A stretch of 64,000 bases of DNA from Dysidea avara (taxonomy: Eukaryota): the NCBI RefSeq assembly GCF_963678975.1, contig NC_089285.1, positions 12,151,725 through 12,215,724 of the forward strand, written 5' to 3'. Each line of letters opens with the position of its first letter. Position 1 is the first letter of the stretch. Below are positions 1 through 16,700 of this stretch, one piece after another. A program made the position numbers and the translations under genes. The notes beneath the pieces were generated by a model that was not told the DNA's origin, did not search any database, and saw nothing but the letters and a program-made list of their open reading frames with translations.

Positions 1-289
1 TCAAATGCTACTCCTACAGGATCACAAGATATCAATGATCTAACAATATGAAATTAGTGTTGTACAAACAAAGGTGTTCCTCCAGTATGAACTGGCCTGA
101 TACCCAACTAGTCTTGGATCACAACACAAAGCAAGAGACTTCATGATCAATGGAAACATTGAAATTTGATTTAAACAAGCCAACACTTCACTAAATAAGG
201 CCCCAGTTTAATAAGGTACTGTCAATCCCATGATATTAAAGCAGTCACTAGTGACCTGTGAGAACACTGGGATTCATGTTTACGTTTAC

Positions 290-397
290 CTGCAGAGTCG
301 TATCCACGATACTCGAGACGTCTTAGTCCATTGATCAACGTCTGTAGTATGTACTTCCTTTTACGAGGTATTAAGAAGTTCAGGTAGGCGAAGATAC
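290..397 (-). CDS. GFPT: GFAT (glutamine--fructose-6-phosphate aminotransferase) N-terminal coding exon; rest of gene lies off-window below position 1
   Basis: Minus-strand translation [37 protein letters not shown] matches the GFAT/GlmS N-terminus (MCGIFAY...[10 protein letters not shown]). Acceptor ttatttacag| at 398-407 (minus). Donor CAG|gtaaac at 284-289. The ATG-TG-G of the catalytic Cys1 codon must come from an upstream 5' exon. Confidence 0.7.
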
Positions 398-1026
398 CTG
401 TAAATAATGCAGAGAACTCGCTCACATGTCGTGCTATAAACAGGATGTATAAAAGAACTTTATCAACTGGTTAAGCGTGTTGCTAGGTGTTTCGTGTAGT
501 AACACGTGTCTGTAAACAACTCACCACACATCACTTTTGTCTCCAACCAGCTCGGTACACCTTTCAGGATAACTAGCGAAATTTAAACTACGCCACAAAA
601 AGTCTACTATAGTATTGCGTAACATTTCCTATGATTTACGGAAATATCAGACTATAAACACTAGTGTACAAATTTACAAACAATGGAATGTGTGTTTTAC
701 AAAACAGCATTCTTCACTTCTTTGTTCAGTTTTTCTTTCTCCTTGCGATTCTAAATAAATTATAAGCATTGTGCAGACTGATCAATGACGTGCTGCTACA
801 AACCTGATGTGTTAGAAATTGTATCCTAGCATCAAGATAGTGTCCTTTAGACGACTGACTTGCTTGTAATAACTGTTCTTTCAAAGATTCTACAAGATAT
901 TATATTATTATAATGCAACTTTTTATGTATAGCTATCTTACCAATTTGTAATTGGTACCGCATATTTAGATTATCAATCTCTTTTTCAAGACTCTCAATC
1001 TACCAATACAGCAAGTAACCACACTG

Positions 1027-2237
1027 CTAAGTCATTAAAGTTCTCTCCACCTTTTTCTGCAAAGTTTTCACAACTGTGGCATGTTGCTTATTTAGTAATC
1101 CATTGTTTGTTTCTGCTGCTTCATGTTGCCGTTTCAGTTGTGATCTGAGCTTTTCTATTTCTGCTTGTGCCTCAGCCAGTGATGTGTTACTATTATGTAA
1201 TTGGCTCTGTCAATTACATAACTATCATATTATAAGTCTGCTGCTAAATCCAATCATACCTTTAATTTTGCAATTTCAGCAGCCAGCCTTTTACCATCTG
1301 ATGCTTTCTTTGATGCTTCACCTTCAAAAGTTTGTTGTATCTTCTTGCTAGCTTCTTTCTCAGCTTTGAGCTGCTCCTGTAATTTCTGTACCTTATCATT
1401 TAGTATCTTAACCTATAACAAGACATTACCAAGCAGTTTATAAACAACTACAACTTTACTTTATCCTGATTATCATGTATGGTCTTGTCTCTTTGCTCAA
1501 TGTCATTTTGGTAATGTGATTTTGTTGAAGCTACTTCGTTCTTCATTCGTTCAATGGTGTTGTCGGCTTCACTGATTCTTGTTAGCAATGAAGATAGTTT
1601 CTCCTTCATGCTACAAGTACAATAATCATCTAGCTAATAGATAAATAAGATTACACCTCTTTAATTCTGCTGCTGATTTATCTCGTTCTTTCTTTTCAGC
1701 AACCATTTCAACACTCATGTGATTCTGTTGTTCCACTAAAGAAGTCTCCAGTTTCTTAGCCTGTGCTAGCTCATGTTTAGCAGCTCCTAACTGACTGCTC
1801 ATTTCATCTAACTGTTTCTTGCACTTTATCTTTTCCTTCTCCACTTGTTCAGCCACTAACACAAACCACAATAAGATACGCATGTATCGTGCACACACAA
1901 ATTAATACACACATACTTTTTCTCCACAAGTCATCCAGCAAGGATTGTGTCTTCTGTTCAGCTGATAACACCTATTACCATGATAAGCACGTGATGTGAT
2001 GGACACCTGTGTCATATGGTACCTCATCCATAACATGCTGGGTGATCAGGCGTAGGTTGTCTTTGCTGTTAGACTGTAGCACTTCATCACAACCATCTGC
2101 TGGTAGTATAATGCATTGTCAGATTTGTTGTGTGCAGCTTACCGTTTTCCGTACCCGATATGGGAGGTAGTACACTGTTGGGTGAGAACGTTCTTCCTGT
2201 CATCGCGAGGACTACCGGTATATTTGCTTGTTGTCAT
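1027..2237 (-). CDS. coiled-coil protein gene (function unassigned), about 6 exons
   Basis: Minus-strand exons at about 2150-2237 (start MTTSKYTGSPRDDRKNVLTQQ, donor gtaagc), 2025-2100, 1660-1858 (AEQVEKEKIKCKKQLDEMSSQLGAAKHELAQAKKLETSLVEQQ), 1455-1620, 1290-1420 and 1027-1195 (ends ...KKVERTLMT stop). All segments are heptad-rich and Lys/Glu/Gln-rich with consistent GT-AG boundaries. Confidence 0.5.
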
Positions 2238-2480
2238 AACAACGATATGACTCTAATAAATTAGTGCAGTTGCACCCTTGCGCGATCGCAGATTTATGAA
2301 CAAGCGGGTCTAGAGCAGTAGTGGATATTAGAAATAGAACGATTTTATACCCTTTACAGTGTGAGGTACGACTCGAGCTAAGCTTTGTTGTAGTGTGCAA
2401 TCCTTACGCGCCTCTACTATACAAAAGTGTGCAAGAAAAGTTGTCATTTTTTGAATAGATGTGTATTTATTGCAATTAGA
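2238..2480. promoter_or_regulatory. putative bidirectional promoter between the coiled-coil gene (minus) and the IQ/ankyrin gene (plus)
   Basis: Only 243 bp separate two divergent start codons (ATG at 2237 minus, ATG at 2481 plus). The interval contains GC-rich tracts such as gcgcgatcgcag, unlike the AT-rich flanks. Confidence 0.4.
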
Positions 2481-7826
<5,346 letters not shown>

Positions 7827-8214
7827 GTTATTTTTGTATATTTTATACATGGTTTTCCACCTACTCAATGATCTATATACCTAATGTTGCTTTAAATAGC
7901 TATCTACTGTTTACACCATGTGCAGAAGTGGATCTGGGATTTTACTAAGGGAAAGTACAATGGTACTGAAACTCTGATGGGTGCATGCTTCCCCTCTTTA
8001 AACATATGCCATGTATTTTAAAACCTCAGTACTGAAAATTAATTAACTCACGCGCCACTGTGGCGTTTCCGGATATGTTAGAGTGATATTAAATAATTAA
8101 AGCGGTGTATGTATTCTAATAATTTAACGTTAATCTTTTCACTCAATCTTTCGCTTTCTGTCCTCGATACTGTCCTGTTTCAAGGAGGTATTGTAGGCAA
8201 GAAGGACTAGCGGG

Positions 8215-10243
8215 ATGGCATTTGGTGGCGGAAATGCTGCCAGTATCAAAGTGGAGAGTATGGACACAACACAAAACACTTCATTCAGTAAGACTACAGC
8301 TCGGACTATAGCTGTTGATAAAGGAGTAAGCAGTTCTGCGGTGAAGATAGACACTACCACAGCCACTATTAAGGAAGACAGTGATGTAGTTAGCCAGACA
8401 AGGTCGGGATCAGCACCAGTGTCAGTGATCAGTTCAGCACAGTCACTGGATCCATCAAAGAAAGATTCAGGTTAGTATAAACATGCCGTTTCTGAGAACT
8501 AGCTTCTGAGCTAATGGTAGCATCTCATACAAGCTCTACTTTCTGTGTTCACTCTCCAGTGCCTAACTAGTAAAGTTGATAATCTAAAATACTGTCTGAT
8601 TACTGCTAATTTCTATTGTAGGGTTGCAATCTTCAGAATATCCAAGAACATGTTAATTTATGGGACTCTTTTACATCAAATGAATAGCTATGATGTTTTA
8701 CAGAACACTAGATGTAGTATAACTATAGCTAGTAGCAAGAGTTAGTAGCTAGCATATTAAAAACCACGAGTGTGAATGGCTAATGATGAACACCTTATTG
8801 TCTGTGGAGTATCATAGCTGAAACTGTTTAATTGCAGCTTGTAGGGCATATAATCTGGCTTGATGACTACAGCATACTTAATGACTTTCTCAAAATATAG
8901 TGTTGAATAGTCTTTGTTTGTAATACTAACAATCATCCATCCTTCATTGTTTCTTTAAACAACCTCCAGTAACCATTACCAAGGTCATGTTAGAATAGTT
9001 CATACATCCAGAGTCTCAAAGGCTAATATTTTGTGCGTTTTCCAATCTTTTTCACATGACATAAACAATGGTGTCCTTTAAATATCATTCTTCTGAAGAC
9101 CTCTATAGCCAATTTCTTAGTGAAGTATATAGAGGGCTTATATACAAAGCACATGTAACATTGTTACAAAAACAAACACTGAAGAACTATAATTTTCCAA
9201 TATATGATGCATGCATGCCACACTGAATGCAAAAATTACACACATCAGTGTTAACAGGCAAGCACACCACAACTGGGTACCTCCAGCTCCGTTTTGCAGC
9301 CATCTTAAGAGCACTGCATGTGTGTAATTGCAAACTGCATACAAGTTCAAAATTTTCAGAAGGGTACTGCAAGCTGTTGACAGGAAAAGTGTATGTATTC
9401 TAATATGTGTATGAACTCCATCATTATCCTATTAAATAGGGACCTATAGATCAGAACAGGAAATTTACTATTGAATTGTTCCTCTCGACTGCTCTAGAAA
9501 TAGTTCATATTTTGCCAGTGCTCAGAAGTTACCATACTGCTATTTATTTTAGAGGGCAAAATTTATGATTTACAAATGACTTACATAGATTTTCCATTGC
9601 TTAAAAGTTGTGTGACTATTTTTGTAGTGTGTGTACATCTGCCATGACAGCTCATGGTCAATCATCTCTTCAAAATCATCCCACTTCACTAGCAATTAAG
9701 AAATACAACTGTCACTAAGCAACACAACACTGATGTTGCTTAACTATGCTTTCATATGCACAAATCAATGTAAAGAAATAGTGTTTTAATACAGTACATT
9801 GTACATTGGTATAGTCAAATTCTATTTATCTGTAAAATGTGCATTGAATATGAAAACAGTATACATTTCATGAATTGATTCATAAGCCAATAGACCAGTA
9901 GGCACTCACGCATTACACCAAGGTACTCCATTTTGTTAGTTCAGTTTTGTGATCAACATTCACTTGTTTGTTTTCAGCCTCTAGGGATGCATACTTTGCT
10001 GTGAAGTACAATGCTCTCCTTGCCAACATCGCCGAGGTGGGTCGAGATGTTAAACCAGCTTACACCAATAACAAATCATCCAGTGAAAGATTAAGAAAAA
10101 GTATGTTCATGTAAGATGACAAATATTGTATTAATGATTTATTTCGCAGATATAGTCTTGACCAGAAATACTATCAGAGATTTGATGATAGAATTAGAAA
10201 AATACAGTCGCATTGCAGAAGAGAACGATTCTGGAATGTGACA
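8215..10243 (+). CDS. unassigned protein-coding gene, 2-3 exons
   Basis: Exon 1 at 8215-8471 (MAFGGGNAASIKVES...SKKDSG, donor gttagt). Exon at about 9979-10037 or extended to 10100 (ASRDAYFAVKYNALLANIAE[VGRDVKPAYTNNKSSSERLRK]). Terminal exon at about 10157-10243 (IVLTRNTIRDLMIELEKYSRIAEENDSGM stop). Splice phase between the last two exons is unresolved. A palindrome CGCCACTGTGGCG sits at 8052-8064 in the upstream region. Confidence 0.3.
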
Positions 10244-10294
10244 ACAATTAATGATCATACATCTCCATATTCATTCATGTCATTATTATTATTA

Positions 10295-11962
10295 TTATAC
10301 AGTTATAAGTGGATCATGATCCTTTAGTGATAGTGAGATCTTGATGTCACTCCCAAGTGCCTGTTGTAGATTATCCTTTATCTTGGCAAGGTATCCCCTC
10401 TCAGTGTTGCTGTGTTCACACAGTATGACTGACATCCCTCTTGAGGTGGCATCCAGTACTTCATGATGGGACATCTCCCCAGTTAGGTAGACATCTGCTG
10501 ATACACCACACAGTACTGATGCACCTATAGAGCAATACACATCATCACTAGAATGATCCTTTAGTCTGTGACATAACACCAGGTGCATTCTCATACACCA
10601 GTTGGGTGAACTTAAAAATACTTAGCGGTAGGTCTACTTGGCAGGGTAGCCAGTATACCTTTGTGAGTTACAAAGACTTCAAGATGTTTATTTTAAAATC
10701 AGAGATTGAGCTAGGTTCCCCCTCATGTCAAGTTTTATTTTAGCCACATAATTTTGATATAACTTCAAGGAAATGGTGAACCCCTTGCACAGCACTAACA
10801 TGTTGCTAACCTGATCCAGCACAAACAGCAACTGATTTAACCATAAATGAATCTTCACAGTTTCTGCCTCTTGCCAGTCTAATAGAAGGTAACCCGAGGT
10901 AGTTCTTCACTCTAACCACAAACTCAGACAAGCTGACTGGAGTGTTCAGTAATAATTTTCTCCCGACACCAGAACCCTTTGTGTTCTCCTGTGTACAGTG
11001 GTACACAGTAGATAGTATGGACCACATCAACATACAGGTACATACACAAGATGTACTACAATTATTTACATGACTGTATTCAGCTCACTTTAGCAACTTG
11101 TGATATTGAAATATTTTGTGAGGTCAATTTTCCACACAGTAGTGTATACACTTGTGATAGTCTGTCAAGTCTACACCTCACCAACACTTCATAGGATGAG
11201 TCATCCCTATTTCACAGTTACATGTAACTCATAATAGCCAACATGCAAGAGTGCACATGTGTTTGACATTTACCTTACTGACACCGATACATACGTACAA
11301 ACACAAACCTTTCACAATGTAATATAGTTTAGAGTTATAGTGTACCTCAACTTCTTCACTAGTTTTCCACCACATAGAGCTACTTCATCACTCATCACTT
11401 CACACATTTCACTGCTCACATGTTCTGCTCTCACTTCATACGATGGAGGCGTTGGTTGAAGAGGTGTACACTCCCCCTCACCCAGGCCTGCTGCTAACCA
11501 GTCGTTAACACCTCCATACACACTATCTGCCGCAGTGTGTGGTGAATAGATAGCAATTCTAGACTCTACAGCCTTGAGGATAATCCTCTCTTTAGCTGTC
11601 CTTCTAGTTAACGACTTTAATGGCTTGAATATTGGTGGATGATATGCGACAATGAGGCCAACTTGTGGGCTAGCAGCCTGTACTTCATCCATCACATCTT
11701 CAGTGAGGTCGTTAGTCATCATGATATGGCTGACTGGTTGTTCCTGACTACTAGGCTCCACCAGTAGTCCCACGTTGTCCCAGTTCCCTGCTAAACTAGG
11801 AGGGAACATTTCGTGTAGTCTCGTGACTATTAGCTGCAGCTCCATACTGCAGTGGTGGTAGTCTCGTGCACGCGTCAAACTGCCGAACTGTACAACTGGT
11901 CTAGATGATGCAACCCGAAGTAGTAGCTGTGAACAATTTCTGAGAAGTGTAGCTCCCAGCAT
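10295..11962 (-). CDS. NIF3L1: NIF3-like protein 1 (NIF3/YqfO family), 3 exons
   Basis: Exon 1 at about 11348-11962 (MLGATLL...AGNWDNVGLLVEPSS...HIMMTNDLTEDVMDEV...VAYHPPIFKPLKSLT...IYSPHTAADSV...GVNDWLAAGLG) has the NIF3 signature GNWDNVG. Exon 2 at about 10806-11005 (...IRLARG...KSVAVCAGSG). Exon 3 at 10295-10570 (GASVLCGVSADVYLTGEMSHHEVLDATSRGMSVILCEHSNTERGYL...DPLITV stop). The match to human NIF3L1 runs along the whole length. Confidence 0.9.
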
Positions 11963-12131
11963 AAATCACACGGGCGAAATCACAACTTGATCAGCAGATC
12001 AGCCGTCTGCAATACCACAATCGAACAGTTTTTGTATCACGTGAGAAGTCTTTATGTAAAGTCATTTCCTAACACTTGTAAAGCGGAAGGATCAACTTAA
12101 CAAACCAAGAATTCATAATAGCTATATTCTA

Positions 12132-13011
12132 TCAGGGGCGGATCTAGGATTTATAAAAGGGGGGGGGGGGGGGGTAACTCAAGGTACTATAATCTCTTGG
12201 GTAGAGGTAGTGAAGCACACTTCCCAGCATGCGAAGCATGCTGGAACTAGGGGGGTCTGGGGGCATGCCCCCCCAGGAAAATTTTGAAAAATAGATGCTA
12301 AAACACTGCAATTTGGAGACATTTCCACATAAAATTCATAATATTTTCTGCCTGTAGATATTTTATATACTGCCTTTAGATTATAGGTATGGCTCTCTGA
12401 AGCATTTTGCTAATGGAAAAGTTTGGGTAGGTACAGACAACCAAGTACATGATGCACCCCTCTCACAATTGCACAGCACTGAATAGGTGCATGTTAGAAT
12501 AATAATGTTGAAAGTGGAAAATTTTGAAATTTGAACAATACAAGATTGAATCTAAGAGCATTTTCAATGGAAATTGTGAACCTGAATGAAGTATTGTCAT
12601 ACATATTAACTACACAAGTAGATGAATGAAGCCCTTTAAACAGACCAATTCACTTCATTGCATGTATAGGTGCAGGCAGATTTGGAAAAATTCCATAACA
12701 GAACCAACTACATGTTTCCAGTGAATGTTCTATTAGAGTAGTTAGCTGACTGCTCTATTAGAGTATCTCGATCTTGTAAACCTCTAATGCTAATTCGGGT
12801 CCTTGTTGCCTAAATTTTAGCATAAATCCACTGATAATACCTTGGAAAGATGTTTATAAGGTGGTTTTATGAGTATTTGTATTATTAGTGATCATATAAT
12901 TATGCTAAGACAAAATTTCATTATAATACTCAGCATATTGATCAAGTAAAGCCTAAATATGAAGGAGGGGGCTTCAGCCCCCAAAGCCCCCCCCCCCTGG
13001 ATCCGCCCCTG
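12132..13011. mobile_element. non-autonomous DNA transposon (MITE-like), about 880 bp, with 16-bp TIRs CAGGGGCGGATCYAGG followed by G15 / C11 homopolymer tracts; candidate 5-bp TSD TCTAT
   Basis: Left end CAGGGGCGGATCTAGGATTTATAAAAGGGGGGGGGGGGGGG. Right end CCCCCCCCCCCTGGATCCGCCCCTG. Flanks read ...TTCTAT|CAGG and CCTG|TCTATT. The interior holds two inverted copies of the TGACTGCTCTATTAGAGTA motif. Confidence 0.55.
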
Positions 13012-13741
13012 TCTATTATAAATTTTATAATCTCTATTTGGTGCTACTTTCACAGCTAAAAATACTACTAGCTATTTCCTTTGGCCACTGATGCTCTAAT
13101 CATGTTTGTTGTATGCTTCAAATTCCACTGTGTAACCTCACTCTTGACCTCACTTCTCTGCCTGTTTGCTCATAACATTATAGGGTTGTATATCTCAGTC
13201 AGAGAGCAGCTAACAACTGCCTTGATTTGATTTACATGTAAATTCTCAGGAAACTATTACCTATAACAAGGGGTAGCTACAGTTATAACTCTGGAGGCAG
13301 CCAAGGCTTTGTTCAATAGCCTTTGCCCTCTACCACCCCAGCACTGCATGCTGTCAAGTGCTACACAGCCAGCCAGCTGCAGAAATAGCCACTATTAAAA
13401 TATGCCACACAAATACAATACCTCTGACTGAATGAACAATGCAGCGGCAATGGCCATCAAACACTACAAGTATTCTTTAACTGGTCCCCCCTAAGAAACC
13501 TGACTGATTCTTGACTAACACAAGATTTTAAATGTCATGATCTTAATACTTTAAGTAGCTGGCCAACTCACTAGTGACAGTATGTAAATTTATTTTTTCT
13601 ATAGGTGACAAAATTATGAACTATTACATGTCACACAGAAATTTCAACATTTTAAACTCCAATTTATAAAGGTCTAACATACAGCAAGTATGGCTATAAT
13701 AAGTCTAACATGTGTACATAATCAATTAACATGTACAGGTT

Positions 13742-16700
13742 TTAAAGTGTGTTACGAGTAATTTGACACTGAAATGTGCGAATTTCCATTGGGTTGAGTG
13801 TGACAGACAAGTCATCTTGCAAGTGATTAACAACCTTCTTTGAACCTTTGTATTGATCTGCAACAATACACAAACATCACTTACATCAAGGAGATTTTTA
13901 TCACAATATATGGCATGGTTAGATACATAGAAAGTACAGTAGTGATAAAACTCTTATCAAATAGTGCAAACACATGACCTACCTGATTCATCAGTAGGAA
14001 GTGTTCGCCACTTCAGTCTGTCAACATTAGACAAATTCTCATTTCCTCCAAGTATCAGCTCATCACAACTGTTTATTACAAAGTTGGTAAACAAATCCTA
14101 CAAGGAAATATGTGCTAGCTATTATTTGACCACTATATTAGAGCAGTACAGTTACTACAGTATATGGAAAAGTAAAGGAGAAAGACAAGAATATGATGAA
14201 CTTGTTTGCACTACCTATCCAGCACTCTATGAGGAGGCACTCATCTTTTATTGTGAATCCTGTAACAGCTAACAGAAATTGAATACACTCATGGCTGTTG
14301 CTATTCATATAGCTGAATAAAATTATACGTATAAATTTGTACATGTGCTCACAGATACAGTCTAAAAGGAACTAAAAGCAATGACTGTTACTGTGATATC
14401 AAATCTTGAACGTGTCGCTGAAGATATTCCCAGTTGATATAGGGAAAATTGAGATTATATAGTTACAGTAGTGTAGTGAAGGTGGCTTACAAGACTGCAA
14501 TCACACAACTCTCTGGGGTTGATACAGAGATAGAGTTCAATAGAGTATCCAGGTATTAATGTGTGCTCAGTTGCTAGTTATGGATACAGAGACAAAGATG
14601 TGATTGATAAGAACTACTGAGATCCCCTCAAACTAGATCTAGTTGATATTTCACCTACAGTTTAGGTTTGCAATACTCCCAAGACCCAACATTAGGGAGG
14701 TTAATCACTTCTTCCAAACTGCACTGGAGCTGTGCAAGTTAAATATTTATACGCCCCCTGTACCTGGTGGCTTTTTCAAACCTCTTGATATTCAGTGGGA
14801 TGACTTGTTGGCTTTTTAGCGGAAACAAAAGATCAGATTTTGAGTAAACTGAGTCGTCTGCCCTTGAAACAGGTTATATCGTATAGGGACCATGTTTTTT
14901 CACGGGACATCTGAGTAGTGTCTTGTTCCCAGTATAACAGAACAGTCTTACATTCTAATAAAGCAGTCAGGTGTGAACACAAATAATACCTTTCACATAC
15001 ATAGTAATCTCTTTTTCTCTTTGTGCGATATGTTATGAGAACATTTTAGCACAAGCATTTTTGCAAAATTATCTGGCCTAGTGAACGCATTCTCATGGGT
15101 CAACCACAGCACACTCATCATGTGTTCCATTGTTAGAGGGTTGTGATAAAATAACACGCTACAAGTTGTACATACCTCAATATTCACTGTGGCTGGCACT
15201 GACAGAGTTTTATCTTCTCTCACTTCATACTGGTGTTCAAGACGTAAGAGTATTTCAGTGTCCGTAACATATTGCAAGGTGAGAAGACGGACATTGGCTG
15301 GGAGTTCGGTTGCTAGGCCTTTGTACTGAGAATACAAATCACCACCCATAACACATAATATGATTTAATCATTGTATACTTACTTCTGTATTGTATGACT
15401 GTACATATTCTTCAGGGGTTATGGTACTTCTATGAAATATCATCATCGCAGGAAGAAGCATTTCCTCCCCAACACTGCGGTGTATTCTAGCTGAGTTCTC
15501 TATTGTATCAACAACTAGTAAGTTAGTCCCTCTGACTATCAGACCATCTCCAAACTGTCCCGTCTCATTCAAGTGTTCCCCAACACTGTCATCATTTAGT
15601 AAACGTCTATGTACCTGGTAGTATATACACATCAATGTACTGCACACACATACACACACATTTCTACAGACATACCATTATTTCAAGACTTCCGTCTCTT
15701 AAACTTGAGCCTCCATGGGAGCGATCAGTAAGAACAGTAACCTGGGATTTAGCTGTCTCATCCTAAAGATATTAAAATTATTTCTTAGCTACACACATGT
15801 ACACATACTTTATACACATATTCATTTGCACACGTACAAATACAACACACACACAATCACACACCCTAATAAATATTCTGCTATTTATAGGATAATAGTT
15901 GCCAGCAATTGGTGCAGTATTATTCCACACCCATGTCTGTCGGCCACCAAGACTGCATAACAAACACACTCAGATTATACATATACACTATAGACTGTTT
16001 AATATTTCAGTTACTTTCTTAGTTGCATTTCACGACCATTAGCATCAGTGTACCACTGCTTCATAGTGCTCAGGTCTGTATCATAATAGCTGATGACTTC
16101 TTTACCCTTCTTATCACTGTGTAAATAATTGTGATACAGTAGTACTAATCTTACTGTTAGCAGGGACTGCTAGTACATACCTTTGTGGTAATGGTCCTAT
16201 TGTGTACTCCAGTTCAATGTATTCAACTGTCTCATATAGTCGTATTTGTTGACCAACATAAGTTCCAAAATCTTGCCATACCTCTTGTACTACAGGTCCC
16301 TACAATAGCCACTGTAACACTTTGTTCTATTGGATATGAGTACAGACATACCTTCAACAAACTGGCAATAGCAAAGTTATCATTTTCGTTAATGTCATAG
16401 ACATTTGATGAATTAGGACGGAAGACATATGCATTTGAGGTCTAAGTGAATTAACAACATACATGTATGGTATGGTAATGTCAGTCATGTGGGCATGTAC
16501 ATAGAGCATACATGCATGCATGCATACACATGTGCACTCACACATAGACACACAAAAGCTTTTAGCTACCATGCTAGCATGGTCACACTACCTAGTGGAT
16601 CAGCATTGGTACACCTGTGTGCTACTCGGGTGCTAGGAGTCGGTGCAGGCAAGGGCAGGATTACCATGTCTCACAATTGAAGATGTGGGCACCCGAAGTT

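Noticed and set aside
9138-9372. Two overlapping minus-strand ORFs of 61-70 aa
   Set aside because: They lie in an intron of the 8215-10243 gene, with Cys- and His-rich random-looking composition and no conserved motifs.
13964-14272. 102-aa plus-strand ORF
   Set aside because: It lies inside the last intron of MAN2B1 and is AT-rich and low-complexity. It has no homology features and no splice context.
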